Of a DNA stretch of 64,000 bases, positions 37,672 through 52,300 are shown in pieces (position 1 is the stretch's first letter; each line of letters opens with the position of its first letter). Made by a program: the position numbers and the translations under genes. The notes below the pieces were generated by a model. It worked only from the letters and a program-made list of their open reading frames with translations. It searched no databases and was not told the DNA's origin. Source of the stretch: Balanoglossus misakiensis (lineage: Eukaryota; Animalia; Hemichordata); contig CM082579.2 in assembly GCA_040954595.2 (NCBI GenBank), positions 7,057,625 to 7,121,624 of the forward strand. The letters are read 5' to 3'.

Positions 37672-40600
37672 TCACAGTATCACGCAACAGTTGCTCTCCT
37701 CTGTTTTCCCTCGTTTTGTTTGGCCTGCAATGCAAGACAAAAAACAGAGACACATTTAAGTGACTTGAAGAATGGCAATGAACTTTGGAGCACTGACACC
37801 ATCTGCCAATAGTTTTCACACATGAGGCAGTTCAAACACCGGGTAACCTTGGTAGGACCCAAATCGTCTGCAGAAAAGCACAAACACAGCTGGCTTGCAC
37901 AGTTTCATTGCTATGTACATCAAACATGCATACCACAAATTTTAAGTAAACACTATATGTTTACCATTTAAAATGCCTATACAGTATTTGGATTAAATAT
38001 GAATATTTAGAGCACACCTGCCCTTTCTTCAGTCAGCTTCAAACATGCAGTCAACCTGATGACAGAAATACACCACTTTCACCCCAGTTCCCTCTTTAGA
38101 GGTCCAACGTTACCATAGAAATCAATGGGGGTTGGATGGAACCATAGTGGTGAAAGGGTTAAACTCACCTTGTGAATTGGGCTCAGGAAGGTTCTCCCTG
38201 GGTACCAAATGCATAACCGTTGTCTTTCCTGTTGGTAGTTGTAAAGCTGTCCATACAACAGGAGAGAAAATGACAATCAATGTTAGCAGCATATCAAAAA
38301 CCATCCAGACTGACTTCGCCCTTTTCATCCCCATTTCCATTTGCAAAGGTCCAAATTTACCATAGGAAACAATGGATTTAGACCAAACCATGGTAGTGAA
38401 ATGGGTTAGAGTATTCTCTTCATAAGCTCAGTGGGCTTGAAACCGTTTGACTTGTGCATACCGTGTTTTCCATGTGTTGCATTTCTATCTAAAGTGCGCA
38501 AATTCAAGCAGAGGCCACGATTTTACTCATCATCACTTGAAAATATGACAAGAAATCAGGACAGACTACATTGTTCTCACCTCCTAATGTAACATTACTA
38601 TGTAGAAATCGTCCTTGGTAAATAAGGCGAAGGATATGAGGCGAGTTCACTGCATCCTCTTCCCATTCTGTCGATAAAAAATAATGATCAGCACTATAGA
38701 ACGAACAACAACCGCACCTACATGTAACTATGAAACAAGGGTACAACTACAAGCATAATGTAGCAGTTACATGTACTTAAAGGGACAAAGTCTCTCTCTT
38801 GCTGCCCCTTTTCCATTAATTATATTTGATACAAGACAACGTTTGTTATTCTACATATGGATATATAGTGAATGAACGTTCAACCACACACAACTTCCAT
38901 CCCTCTTGTAGACAGGAGAGTGAAAAAACTCGCCAAAATGAATAATCGTTCTTTACCATTTATTCATTTTGGGCGAGTTTTTACTCTCATATCCTACAAA
39001 CAGGATATAAGTTGTGTGTGGTCAAACGTTGATTCACTATATATCCACATTTACATTAACATAACCAGTGTCTTGTATCAAACATAATTAATGGAAAAGG
39101 GGCAGCTGGAGAGAGACTTTGTCCCTTTAAGCTGGCAACTTTCATGGTGTACATAACCTGGCCCCTAACACAAGATTTTAACAATAATTTGCCTTGTCTA
39201 TTTCACATTTGTTAATCATCTCAAGTTTTTAAATGCATATTTCAAGCATTAGAAAAACACTCCTGGGCTCATTTTGGTGAGTGTGCCACACTTTTATGAA
39301 TGTATGAAGGCCAGGGGTTGAATTTTCCATCATCATGTCCAGCCTTCGGCTCACAATTCCTACACCTACGTGCTATTTCTGACTAATGGTCAGGACGCCA
39401 AAGAGAAATAATCTCTCATCCCTTCCACTCACCAAAAGAAATGCATTGTCATTTCTCAATTTCTATAATTGATTCCCCCCTTGATATTTGAGATAAAATG
39501 CAACTTCCTGCATTCTATACCGGCACGATGATACTTTGCATTCGAAATTGTCAATTGATAGGTGTGACACTATCCATGATGACATTTATTTGCAATCAAG
39601 AAGATTAAAAAGTAACCACTCAAGTGCAATGGCCTGTCTCTGTCAATATCAAAAAGACATGAGTAGATAAGGAAGAAATATTACATAGAATTCATGATGC
39701 CACCAGAATATTGGAATATTCATCAACTTTTTCATTAATTTTCTAAATCTTCCACATGAATTAAATCATGTCAAACGTGCATGATCATATATCTTGTTAC
39801 TACCATACTTAATTACAGCTTCAGTAGACAGCCCTGTAATTTGGCAAACTGCTTTCTACGATGAAAATCACATCTTTTTCTTGAACTGCGAGACACAAGA
39901 ATAACTTTGTCCTTGGGCACGCCATTCTGACATGTGACCCAGTGCTCTAGTGGTGTCCTTGCACAAGCAATTACATGCTATTGTTGAATCATCTGGAGTC
40001 ATATTAAAGACACCTTCCAATGACTTGTCTACCTACACTACAGATTTCCAAAAATAAACATTCACACAAGACTAATTTCAGTTGTTTTACATCACCATAA
40101 GAATTTCATTATTGGGTAATTATCAAAACTGCAGTAATGTCATAAATATACCATACTCAGTACAATCATAAAACTCATACTGTCCATCATCAAATCTTTT
40201 TTAAAAAAGGGTCACTTTTAATAATCTCCCTTCAAAACAGAAAATATTTGATTTCTTTCAATAGACAAATCAAGAAGGATTATTGGCAATAATACGAGTG
40301 AGACCAAAGAGGCAAGACTTTTAATAGGGACTGCTAATATAGCTTTGAACACACTAATAGGATCATGTATGCCAGCTTTTAGTATTTAAATGTTTGTTCT
40401 GATATTGACTTCTGCCTTGGGGCATCAAGTCACTACAGCGAGGTGTATTTGGAAAAGACACTACTCAAAGATGCAAAACATCCCAGTAGATGTGAATACT
40501 CACCTGGTGGCCAGTTTTCATATACATGTGATGCTATATCGCCTGCAGAGTCATTGGTTGAAAATAGGAAATCTTTTGTTTTGCCAGACACCAGAATCAG

Positions 40601-43600
40601 GCGGAGGTTTATCTAAAATAAAAAAAGGAAATTGATACCATAAATTCCACATTCTGCATATTTCATATGAGTGTAACTTATCATGGCTTCATGTAACGGT
40701 AAATGCAAACAGTTTAACTCTATTGTACGCTTGCATTCACAGCTACAAGTTCTCCTTGAAAATTCCCACACTACAAATTTCTATAGCTCCTTCACAATAG
40801 TCATTAGTCAACTGATAAGTCATTTTACCTGTCATAAACCAGACAGTGGCAGCCACACCCAAGATGACCTCCTTCTTATACATTTACATTGTACATAGGA
40901 AATTTCCACCCTTTAACATTACTGAAATGACATTCATATACACACACAGCCAGCCAGCCAGTCAGCAGCCACCGACTGGTCCCAAGCACATGTACACATA
41001 TACCAAATGGGAGCCACATGTATATGTAACAAAATGTACCTGTGCGAAAGAAAGTGAACGACCATGATTGGTCAACTTGTTTATATACACACCATGTACA
41101 AAAACTACACAAGACAAAATCTGCTGGAAACCAGACCTGTACAATGCCATAAGATGATACCAGATTGAGTTCATTGTATGATTACTATGCCATAAACTTC
41201 CATTCTTAACAAAACAGTTACAGTGCGGAATGTATTCCTCAGTTCTCCGAAATGGAACAAGCAGGAAATCCATTTTCTCTTGACCTTCATCTGTTCTATA
41301 GGACAGGTAGTCTCAACAAAGACACCATTGTTTGCAAATTTCGTTACAGTCATAAAAGCTGGTGGACTGAGTTTTCATAACCTCTTAGCCGTATCAAAGA
41401 TGAATGCCAGGCAAAACAGTTTGAATATCCTACCATTATCTACATGTATTATGGCCAGACTGAGAGGGAATGTATCGTGGTGTATCACCATCAACATTCA
41501 AGTTTCATTTCAACTTTGTAGAAAATGCTAGTTAAATGATTATATTGTGCATGTACACTGACCAGAAAAGTCAACACATAATACAGACAAATCGTGACAA
41601 AGCGTCTCTCGCAACCGACCTGCACAGTGCCAAAAGAGTACTTCTATGATGAACTGACTGACTCGAGAATACGTGATCAAGCACAATGGAAAATGTCACT
41701 ACTGGTGTGTGACTTCAATGGCTTCAATCTGTATCCACATGAAAGAAAGATAGCATCTTAATGATGATCTTATCAGAGCCTCTCAACTCCACTCTCAGGC
41801 ATTTTGTATTGCTCTCACGCAACTTTTAGTCTCTGGATTTTGAAATCCATTACGCAAAGGTTGAGTCATACAACAACCCATTCAATAACATAATATGAAA
41901 TGCACATACAGGGAATAACTTCAATAAGACTGTACTTCATGAAGTATAGATTGCTCCATAAATACATGAACATTGTAGGAGATAATACTGTTAACTTACA
42001 TATATATTTACATCTTTCATAACAGCTAGATTGGCAACCAATTTTAGCAATACAATGTATGAGGCTATTTGCTTCAGCAAGCCAGATTTTCCATGGTGGC
42101 CCTAGATTTTTCTTTCATTCGACTGTTTTCACTGCTTTATATCCACAGAGGGCCCAACACAAAGTTCCTCAGGTAGATCAAAGGATGATCAATGAATGTG
42201 TATTGGACTATTTTACACTGTTTACAAAAAAAGACGTCACTATTTTGTCCAGACTGAATGCAGCCCTAGCACACATGACGTAGTGAAAAGGCACAAAAAA
42301 TCATCAAAAACATCTGCAGTTTATGGGCTGACCTGTACTAGCAGCACGGACATTCAATAAATTACATGGGTGATTACCGACTATTTATTAGTTCTTGCTA
42401 ACACTTGTGGTTCATAACACAGCAAAACACTGCACGTGACATAAAACATTCAATTCTGCACAGATTTACGTCAATATCATTGTACAGTAAAGCTGTCTTT
42501 GTTCCGAATGCTATATGTATATGGGGGTCTGGATGCATTATCTATTATAGACTACACACATTAACCAGGCAAAGAAGTCAAAATAGAAGACATTTTATTA
42601 CATGTACCATGAAATTGCATGTACATTTCGTATGTAACATGAGCAGTAATTATTTTTCAGTTATGTGTCACATTTTCTATACATTCTCTTGAGACATTCT
42701 CCTAATGTGGTGAAATTAGTTCTTGTGTATACTTCGGATACAATCAGTACTGCATACCAATATAAGTGACAATCTTGATGGCCATGTCATTGTTTAGCAC
42801 AGATCAAAAGATAATTTTCAGTCTACTTTTTTATTGCTACGAATTTATTGTGACAAATCTACTTAACAACACAGATAGGTCACATTCTGTCACAAAATCA
42901 ACAAGATTTTAATAGTTCTGTTTTGATTATATGACCATTGTTGTCTTGAATATGTGGCCTTGAAAGAATGATTAGCTTCAAGCTTTGATGCACAATCAGA
43001 ACACAGTTCTCACAATACAGGCATCTTCTCTACATTCGAGTTATCATGTTTAACAAAGCTTGAAAACTGCGTGTTTTAATGATTACCTTGATAAAATATA
43101 CATTAAGTGGTAATATTCCCTAGCTTGAACTGTTGTGTGTGTGACAGGATTCTCCTGGGATTCCCCTTCATTACATTTAGACTGACTTGACCTGATGAGG
43201 GCTCAATTTCTGCTCCCATCCCAAGATGCAATGCTCACTGCTGCAACGTTCAACTTCTCAACAGACACGGTATGGAACAACAGAAATGTACCATCAAAGC
43301 ACATTGGAGAGAAAACCAAAGTCTGTGAAACTATTTCTTAAGTGTTGGCGGAAATGTTATCAAAGTGTGTCATACTGAGAAGCAAGCTGGCCCTGACATT
43401 CCTGCCAGAGAGAGATTACGAGGGAAACCCGACACCGACGACCATGACTGCACACACACTGTATTGGCTTCGCTGCCTTGAGAAAGTTCAAAGAATCAGG
43501 ACTGCGGTCGTGATGCAGTGGCCTTTACCTTTACACCACCAGGCATCATGGTGTACATTTCTCGAGCCGTGTGGGTGGTAAAATACATTTGCTGGTCAAT

Positions 43601-46600
43601 TGTCTCAGCCGCTCAGCTGGAAGGGGATATTAAAGTCCATTCCTATAGCTGATGACAGAAGGGACAACCGCTACACCGTTCTACATTCATTATGACAGGG
43701 TAAATGTGTGTGTATGGCAGTACACCAGGTGTAGTCTTATACTAAGCATGTCTGAGACATCACCATAAAGGAATTTTATAACATTTGACAACAGATGCAT
43801 TTGTAACAGGTGAAGTGTGCCCTCAAACGGACAATACTTCTGGCCTAGGCTCTCTGGACTTTGTGTCACCTCAATGCGCACTACACTTAAAATTCAAAAT
43901 GAGTAGCAAAATGTGTCATAGGATCTTGACGCAATGGAGGTACACGTACGTGTGACCTGCAAGCAAACATTACACATTACTTTGGGGGGTTGAAAAAACT
44001 GTTACTAAGGTTATGTATAGGCCAGAATTAACCATTTCATTTGTTTCTGTCTGATCTCTCACAATCCAGACAAGACTGAGTCATTCACAGCTATCCTTGA
44101 CATGCATGACTCAACTTATGTGCAATATCACACAAATGTGGAACAATCTAATACCTTTCTCAAACTGACCTACATGTATATAGTTATCACAATAATATGA
44201 ATACCAAACATCAGTTTTCACAAATTAACTAGGGTAAATAATTATATAGCAATCTTCAATCATCTGGTGACAAATGCATTATGTACAATAAATGTTACAT
44301 CACACTACCAGGTACATGAACACTACATGTAATTACAGCAATGTGGACATGACCACACCTACATTTACAGTAACCAGGTACAATGTACATGTACATGTAT
44401 TGCAACAGTGCTTACGTGGAACATTGATTATCCTTGGTATTTTTCAACAATCTTTTTCTATTGTAAAATTATGTGAGAACGTGATTTCCTCCGGCGATGC
44501 CAAGAGTCCTATGGCCAAACAAGGAAATGTCGGCTTGTCAGGAAACATCAACACACTGTTCAAGTGTGACCACCACTGCCAATTGAGTCACAATACACAG
44601 ACAGGAAATGTATTTTCAACATGGTTAGCCCTTGTTCACATATTAAAATTGTATTAACAGCAAGTAAAATTACATGGACAGTGCTTTTGTTAAAGTTGGG
44701 GAACATTGGTAAATGACATAGGAACAACCCCCCCCCCCCATAACATTTACCTGGGTACAGCCCTTAACAAAAACACTGATGGAGATCTTGTAACATTTCC
44801 CCCACACGATGTACATCTATTTCCTGACAATGTAGTTTAGTGACAACTGAGTCATCACAGACCACCAGGATGACCACTAACCTGGAACACCTACATGTAA
44901 ATATACATTTGTGAGTAATAAGCGCACAATTAATGGGGCTCCCATAGCCTATTACATCACACAGTACTGGAGCAAGGCAACAAAAATATTTTACAAATGT
45001 ACAACATACAATTTGCAAACATCTGGGGCATACTGCGGAAACTGTTGAGTGGTGACCTGACATGCAAGTTACTCCCTGCTGGCAGATATTTGTTATCTGG
45101 TAAACCACACCAGTCGGCAATCCACACACTGACTCTCACAGCGTTCTGGCTATTCTCAGTGACCAAAGCACACGTCACAAGAAAGAATCTCTGGTCACAA
45201 TAAATTATTTGCTAACATTTATAACTCAACCGAACCCCCAGAGGTTAACTTCCTCTCACTATGCAATAACCATGCCATGGTAGGGCAGTGGAGCAAGTCA
45301 CAAGCCTTCACCATTACCTTCAATGTCATGTACATGCATTTTTTTTAAACATAATGACAAAGGACAGCCATGAGAAGACACGTTCTTCACATATGTATGT
45401 CAACATGGATGCAAAATCGCTCCAAAGAACAATAGACTGCTATTCCATCAAGGTCACGTATGCACTTACACTACCCTTGCAAATATAATTTTTGATTAAA
45501 AAGGCATTGCTAGAATGTCCAGACCAATTACACAGTATCAGCCTATAGCCTTTAATTATTTAATTTAGGAAACATGACAGAAACTCTCATCATAATGACC
45601 ACTTGCATTGTGATGTAAATTAGCCAACAGAGTATCAGAGGCTGGGGGGGGGGGACACTGTATGTTCCAAAATATCCCACATCTTGTCAGCAGGCTCTGT
45701 ATCATCAACCCCAGCAACTATACGATCTGAAACGATATCTACAGATAAATTTCTTCATGAGTTCACCTACTGAAAAAGGAATGCACCGCCAAAGAATCAA
45801 TTCCTAAACTCAGGAAGACAAATATTTATGCTGACATCATGACAGCATGCAGAGCTCAACAAAATATAAACAAAATACCAGTCACTGCTGCACCGAGTCT
45901 AGTCTACAGTCATCATCAAGTCACTGGCAGACTTGTCCTCGGTGAGTGCGCCAGACTAAACAACGTTTACAGAAAGTACACACAGTCAACCATCAATCTT
46001 ACGGCACTCCATCCATCAACAATCTCGAAGAATGAAATAATCCACATGAACACCAGGGTAATAGGTAAACATGTTTGACTTCGAAATAATGAATTAGGGA
46101 TAATTTTGTCTATCATGACTATGCAGCCATGAATAAATAGCATTCATTGTATTACTCCACATACAGACATGTTCAATGTACATGTACCAGTACATGAACA
46201 CTTCTCTGGTCAAACCAGGAGGAGTTGACCTGCAGTGTTCTTGCAGGGTTGTCCGACTGCTAAACTTCAGCACATGTACATTGTAATTTCATTATTCATC
46301 ACTCTAGAAGTTACATGTAGAGAGAACATGTGCATCAGTGTTGTAGTCTTATGGTGTCTACGCATGTATGATCTTAGCATGGAGGTACCTCCATGGTACA
46401 TGTATGATGTACATATCTCACAGCTACATGTATGTTACAGGTCACCCACGTAGGCTCTGCATGGCAGAGTGATATATTCTGTTACTGGCCTCGTCACCAT
46501 CGAAAACACACCCAGTATGTATGTGTATCCTGGTACTAAAGGTATTAAACATGAACTTTGGACTAACATCATTAGTGTTATGGCGTACCACCGCTGTTTT

Positions 46601-47514
46601 GTAACATATTCTTGTTGAAATGCCAGCGAAGAGAAATTGGGAAAAAAAGGCTGGAATCAATTCGGTCTTTCTGAGTTTGTCACCTTATTTCAGTCACTAC
46701 CAAGTACATGTACAATGTAGTGGTATATGTATGTGTCTTTGAAAGTTCTCAGGCTTATAACAACAGCCATTTACATGAACAATCTCTATCGTCTGTATGC
46801 ATTTTAATTTGATTTATCAATCATTTTCAGAAATGTACATGATGTATTTACAAATACATGTATATGTACATCAACTTTCAAATACGAAAAGTATTACCCT
46901 TCCTCCACTAAAATGCGACAGGAAATGCTTTTCTGTACACCTCTTTGTGACGAGGAACGGAAACACCTTTGTACATACCAGTGAACGCAACTGTCTCTCA
47001 TAAACTCAAAGAGGTTCCTGATCACTGCCAAACCAACAAGGGTGTTTGATCAAACTAAAACACAAACTTTCCGTCAACCTGGTTGCTCCATATCAGCGTA
47101 TATTCGCTTAAATTATGCGAGTAGACACTTGGTTACTCTGACTCTGCTTGTAACCAACTGGTGGTTTCAATATTCAACTATGCCAACAGAAGGTAAACAA
47201 AAACGCAACACCTGGAAATAAACTTAAAAATGCTTACTAGCGAGCAAACATATGTGGTACCAAATTGAAAAAGCAATCGGCTTGTGTAACAGTGTCATAA
47301 AAACAGCATGGCGTGTAGTGATATGGAAATTGGCCAAAATCAAACAGGCTGAAAGACGTAAATTTGTCTCAGACGCACCCCGAAAATTGAGTCAAAACCG
47401 ATGACACATCAGCACCACACAAATTAACCTCAAAGTCAAAGACCATTTTCCCGACACGGTATCGATTTCGGGTTTCCTCCTTACCTTATCGCTCGGTATT
47501 GATCCCCCGGTCAT
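37672..47514 (-). CDS. UBL3: Ubiquitin-like protein 3 (membrane-anchored ubiquitin fold), 118 aa
   Basis: Exons 47514-47485 (MTGGSIPSDK), 40612-40504 (INLRLILVSGKTKDFLFSTNDSAGDIASHVYENWPP), 38667-38581 (EWEEDAVNSPHILRLIYQGRFLHSNVTLG), 38246-38169 (ALQLPTGKTTVMHLVPRENLPEPNSQ) and 37724-37672 (GQTKRGKTEESNCCVIL*). CAAX terminus CCVIL as in vertebrate UBL3. Confidence 0.97.
38073..38162. mobile_element. piggyBac-type micro-MITE copy next to the UBL3 exon 4 donor
   Basis: CTTTCACCCCAGTTCCCTCTTTAGAGGTCCAAC...GGTGAAAGGGTTAA is the reverse complement of the 16151 copy. Confidence 0.8.
38315..38408. mobile_element. piggyBac-type micro-MITE copy in UBL3 intron 3
   Basis: CCCTTTTCATCCCCATTTCC...GGTCCAAATTTACCATAGGAAACAATGGATTTAGACCAAACCATGGTAGTGAAATGGGTTA. 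Confidence 0.7.
38781..39126. mobile_element. 346-bp palindromic MITE with TTAA duplication (Kolobok/T2-type termini)
   Basis: TTAA-AGGGACAAAGTCTCTCTC...GAGAGAGACTTTGTCCCT-TTAA. The arms are complementary over almost the whole length, e.g. GCTGCCCCTTTTCCATTAATTAT / ATAATTAATGGAAAAGGGGCAGC, TGGATATATAGTGAAT / ATTCACTATATATCCA and AAAAACTCGCCAAAATGAATAA / TTATTCATTTTGGGCGAGTTTTT. Confidence 0.9.
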
Positions 47515-47849
47515 TGTCAATTTGTTTGTCATTGGGTTCTAGTGTCCTTGTTACAGTTCAAATCCAGAATTCCGGACAAGTTAGTAGTGTCTTTAAATGA
47601 CCTTCGGTTGAAGTAAACAGCTGAATATTGCTTTACTCAGCTGATGTGTTTCCTTTTGTGTACCGCCTTTCCCAAAACCGAATTATCTCCAATAAACTCC
47701 ACTGTTTGGAACAAATTCTTAACTGTTCCGCCACGGAATGAGTGGGATGTGTGAAATCCGTCGAAAAATATCCCTAATTCAACTCCAGAAACCTGTTAAA
47801 ACACTTCATTTTCGGTCGATCTCATCATGGTTACACTTGCAGCGTATTC

Positions 47850-47900
47850 AAAAAATATGGCGGATGCCCTGCGCTTAGTATTGTGGGTAGTCACGTGACT
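47850..47900. promoter_or_regulatory. UBL3 proximal promoter motifs (YY1-like site; CLEAR/E-box palindrome)
   Basis: AATATGGCGG near 47854-47863 and a perfect GTCACGTGAC at 47890-47899, about 340-385 nt upstream of the UBL3 ATG. Confidence 0.5.
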
Positions 47901-48360
47901 TTGTCACCGGCTAAACTCTGCTAATTTACATTCTGGTTCAAGGATGTGACACGGATACCAAAGGCTGGTAAAAGTCTTATTGTCCCGACAAAACAATTGA
48001 CCCATCGCATATACAAAGATAGATTCTCTTTGGTATGGAAAAATAAAAAGAAATTACCCCCAGGTAATGTGATGAACCAACATCTGCACACAAAAAACAA
48101 GGTTACGCCTATTACTGTACATGTATTATTGTTTTACTCATTGAAAATCGGTGAGTGATGTACCTGGAATCAAACGCAAGATGTTTCGGTGGCGTTTAGG
48201 GCCCCGAAAAATATTTATCAGTTAACCCCTAGAGTTAATGTTGTCATTTATGTAACAGATAGCTGAAAAGTTTAGGCTTCACAACATTTCTTTGCAATGA
48301 CGGTCGATAAAATATCATCGTTGGCCGTTTCTCAAAAAGCGCACTGTATATGTATGAGTG

Positions 48361-48648
<288 letters not shown>

Positions 48649-49388
48649 TCTGTCTCTGTCGAGCTTTCAGTGCATGCCAAATACATAAAGTATACAGGTA
48701 CAACAAACTAAGTTTGGAAATGAGATCAAAAAACGTTATCTTTCGGTGCAATTCGACCCAGCATCTGTTGGCGCAGGACATTTTCTGACTGACATGTTAT
48801 TTATGCTTTCTGAATTTTTTGTCATGAATTTTTATGAGCTCGCTCTCGAAAATAAAGGTTAATAATAATAATAATGGGACAGTATCCTAGCTGTAATATG
48901 ATAACATTTTCTGTATTATTCAGCTTATCTAGTACACTTTCCTTCAGAAGATCCATGGGCTCCAAGCTTCTCTTTCAGCGCCCTTTTGTTTAGGCCAGTG
49001 TATAAGTCAAGAAAATGAAGATAATAGTCTACTACAATGACGCCTTCTCGAAATTCTCAGATACTCCTAAAGCTATGGAATACCCACGCATCACCTCTAT
49101 TTGGTCTCTACTACATGTGTACGGAATATATGCCAAGAAACTATAAAAAATCTGCATTCACTTGAAAATTCATGTACTACTAGCGAAAGTGCGCCCCCAA
49201 TCCCGCCCTGGCTTCAGAAGTAATATGCTAATTAGCTAAGCAGCGTGGTGAGAGAAGATGGAGCTGTTCGTTTAGGAACTTTCGTGTGATGCGTTTTGTT
49301 TGCATCGTATCCCTAAATTTCTTGAATTAACAGCGACACAGGTGTTCCTTAAAGAAGCGGCACATTGAACAGGTTAGTACTACTGAAA

Positions 49389-52300
49389 ATGGCGGATCAA
49401 GATTCAGACGCTGATGGATCAGTTTTGAAGGAAGGAGATTCCTTTTCCTTGTATGTAACTGCGATAGATCTGTCGTTGGGGGCATGTCGCTTCTGGGCGC
49501 AATGTCACGTTCCGTCGGAAAGCCTGTCCCAGCTCGAATCGTTGATGAACAACTGCCAGAAGTTTATAGAGGCTGCCCCAGAAATCGACGACGCATCGCG
49601 GTTAGACGTAGGGGATCTTTGCTTCGCGAAGTTTTCGGAAGATGGCGTTTGGTACCGGGCGAGGGTTTGGTGTATGAAGTCGCCACGTGAATGCACCGTG
49701 TTTTTTGTCGATTACGGAAATGTCGACACGGTGCCCGTTGGAGATGTGAGGCTCATAGAAAACGTGAAACTATCAGGACCGACGATGACCAGTTCAGCCC
49801 AGGACATCTTGTTTGGCATTCCTGCCCAAGCGACCGAGTGCATTCTGGCCCACGTGATGCCAGTGGACCAGTGGAAATGGAGCGAAGAAGCGGAGACATA
49901 TCTGAAAGAAACACTCGCTTTCGAAGAATTCACGGGTGTCGTTGACAAATCAACCAAAGAGAAGGCTTTGATAGAAGTGAAACTGTCTTCAGGAGAATTG
50001 TTGGCGGATAACTTAATAAAAGCCGGGTTCGCAAGATCATGTGACAATAGTTACACCCTGTTTAACGCATACACAAACGTGTCACTGCCAATAGATTATG
50101 AAGATGATGTGTGCATTGCCTGTTGCGTAAACCCCGAACAGTTCTGGGTGCATTTGAAGTCTGCGCAAGTTGATGAAGTCACTGACAAAGTTACTGAATT
50201 TTACAGTAGTATACCAGAGTCTGAATTACAGCTTTTGTATGTAACGAAGGGTTGTGCATGTGTGGCCAAATACGCTGAAGATGATGGTTACTACAGGGCG
50301 AAAGTTACTGAAGTGCTGGGGGACAAGTACAGGGTCCAGTTTATTGACTTTGGAAATTCGGATGTGGTGCCACTGGAAAACGTTAGAGCCGCCCACTTCA
50401 GTCTATTCCAGCACCCCGTGTTTGCCGTTGAGTGCGCTTTGGAAGGTGTTCGCAGCATCGACAAAGCGGCGGCGCAGCGCTTCATTCAGCTGACGGTTGA
50501 CCAGTCAGTGCGGGCCGTAGTCGCGGGCCAAAATCAGAACAAGCTGTTCATATCGATGTACAACTTCGCGAAGGGCGTTCCGATAAGCATCGCAGGCGTT
50601 CTGCTGAAAGAAGGTCTGATCGAATTGTGCGAGGCGGAGAAGCCGCTGTGCGGGCGGGTGCATTTGGAGGAACAGAGAGTGAAATTGTGGTCCTTCCACT
50701 CGGTGTACGTCACGCACGTCGAGAGTCCGTCCAGCTTCGTGTGTCAGCTGGCGTCTAACACGTCTCTCATCGACGGCATCATGAACGAACTGGCGAAAGC
50801 GTGCGCTGTCGAGTCGAACGAAGTCAAAGTACAGGCGTCTGACCGAGTACCTGGTTTCTTTTGCAGTGCCCAGTTCACCGAGGACGACCTGTGGTACCGA
50901 GCGCAGATTATCAAGCCCGTGGATGACGACAACGTCGAGGTGAAGTACATCGACTTTGGGAACTCTGAAACCGTACCGGTAACACGCCTGCAGTACTTGC
51001 CTGCGCACTGCTGCCAACCAATACAGGGAGTGCACTGCAGTCTGGCCTACGCCAAACCGGCCCAGAAAGAGTGGTCCAAGCAACAGACTGAATATCTCCA
51101 AGAACTGGCCATTGACAAATCGTTGATTGCTTACATACTCAGCATTGACAAGTACGGGCAGTACGTTGTTGAATTAGCAAGTGCGGCCGATTGCCAAAGC
51201 AGTATTAACACAATGGTACGCAATAGAGAACAGGAACAACAGCTGAGCATTACTGCCACAAGCGAGAGGCAAAGTGCCACCAACACAGTCACACCGCCGG
51301 AAGACAAGCTGTCGAAACCACCTAAGCAGATGGATGTGGGCAGGTCAGGTGACTTGAAAGCAAATATCACCCATACAGCTAAAGAGAGCCCTCTAGTGTT
51401 GATCCCGCCAAACGTGGAGCTGGGGAGCAAACTGGCAGTACTTGTCTCATCGGTCGAGTCTGTGTCTAACTTCCACTGTCAACTTGGAAGTCAGAAAGTT
51501 GACCAGCTCCAAGGTAGAATTCAGAAGTTCTACGCAAGCCACGCGGGTAAATTGAGTCAGCCGTCTCTGAAGCCTAACGTGTCCTGCTGTGCCCAGTTCA
51601 CCGAGGATGACGAGTGGTACAGAGCAGAAATTCTGTCTATTGATGAAGTAGAAGGGAAGGCCAAAGTGATGTACGTGGATTACGGAAACACCGAGAACCT
51701 ATCGATCTTCAGACTGAAACAGCTGCTGCGGGAGTTCTATGATGAAGCGGTTCACTGCATCGTCTGCTGCCTGCCGGAAAACATGTGCCGCAGTCTCGCC
51801 GGCTGCCCTCAGCCGAGTGTGGCGGAGAAGTTCGAGGAGTTGGTCGCCGGGAAGGAGATCCGCGCCGTGGTGGTCGGAGAGACCGTGGACGGCAAGAAGG
51901 TGGTGGAGCTGATCGACCAGAACACGGGGGCCGACTACTGCGAGAAGTTGATGGAGATGTTCGGCGTCGGGAAGCAGCAGTCCCCGATACAGGCGGAGAT
52001 GGCGAGGAAGGCGCGTCAAGACCGCGGCCGGCAGCCCCACGCTTCCAAGACGACGAAGCCGCCGGAGATTATTAAAAAAGATCCGGTGTACGCAGAAGCG
52101 AAACTGACGGAGGGTTCCACTGAAGAGGTGTTGGTAACGCACTACGTTGACCCCGAGAACTTCTGGTGCCAGCTGCTTGGCTCGGAAGAAAAACTGAACT
52201 CCCTGATGGCGGACATCAACGCCCACTGTGAAGCGGACAAGCTGGCCGGCAGAAAACCCGCGTTTGGACTGGGAGCGCCGTGCCTGGCACAGTACTCGGA

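Noticed and set aside
40613-47484. Hidden gene or ncRNA in the 6.9-kb UBL3 first intron; abundant TACATGTA motifs
   Set aside because: Only short motif-free ORFs. TACATGTA-type words occur throughout the window as low-complexity background.
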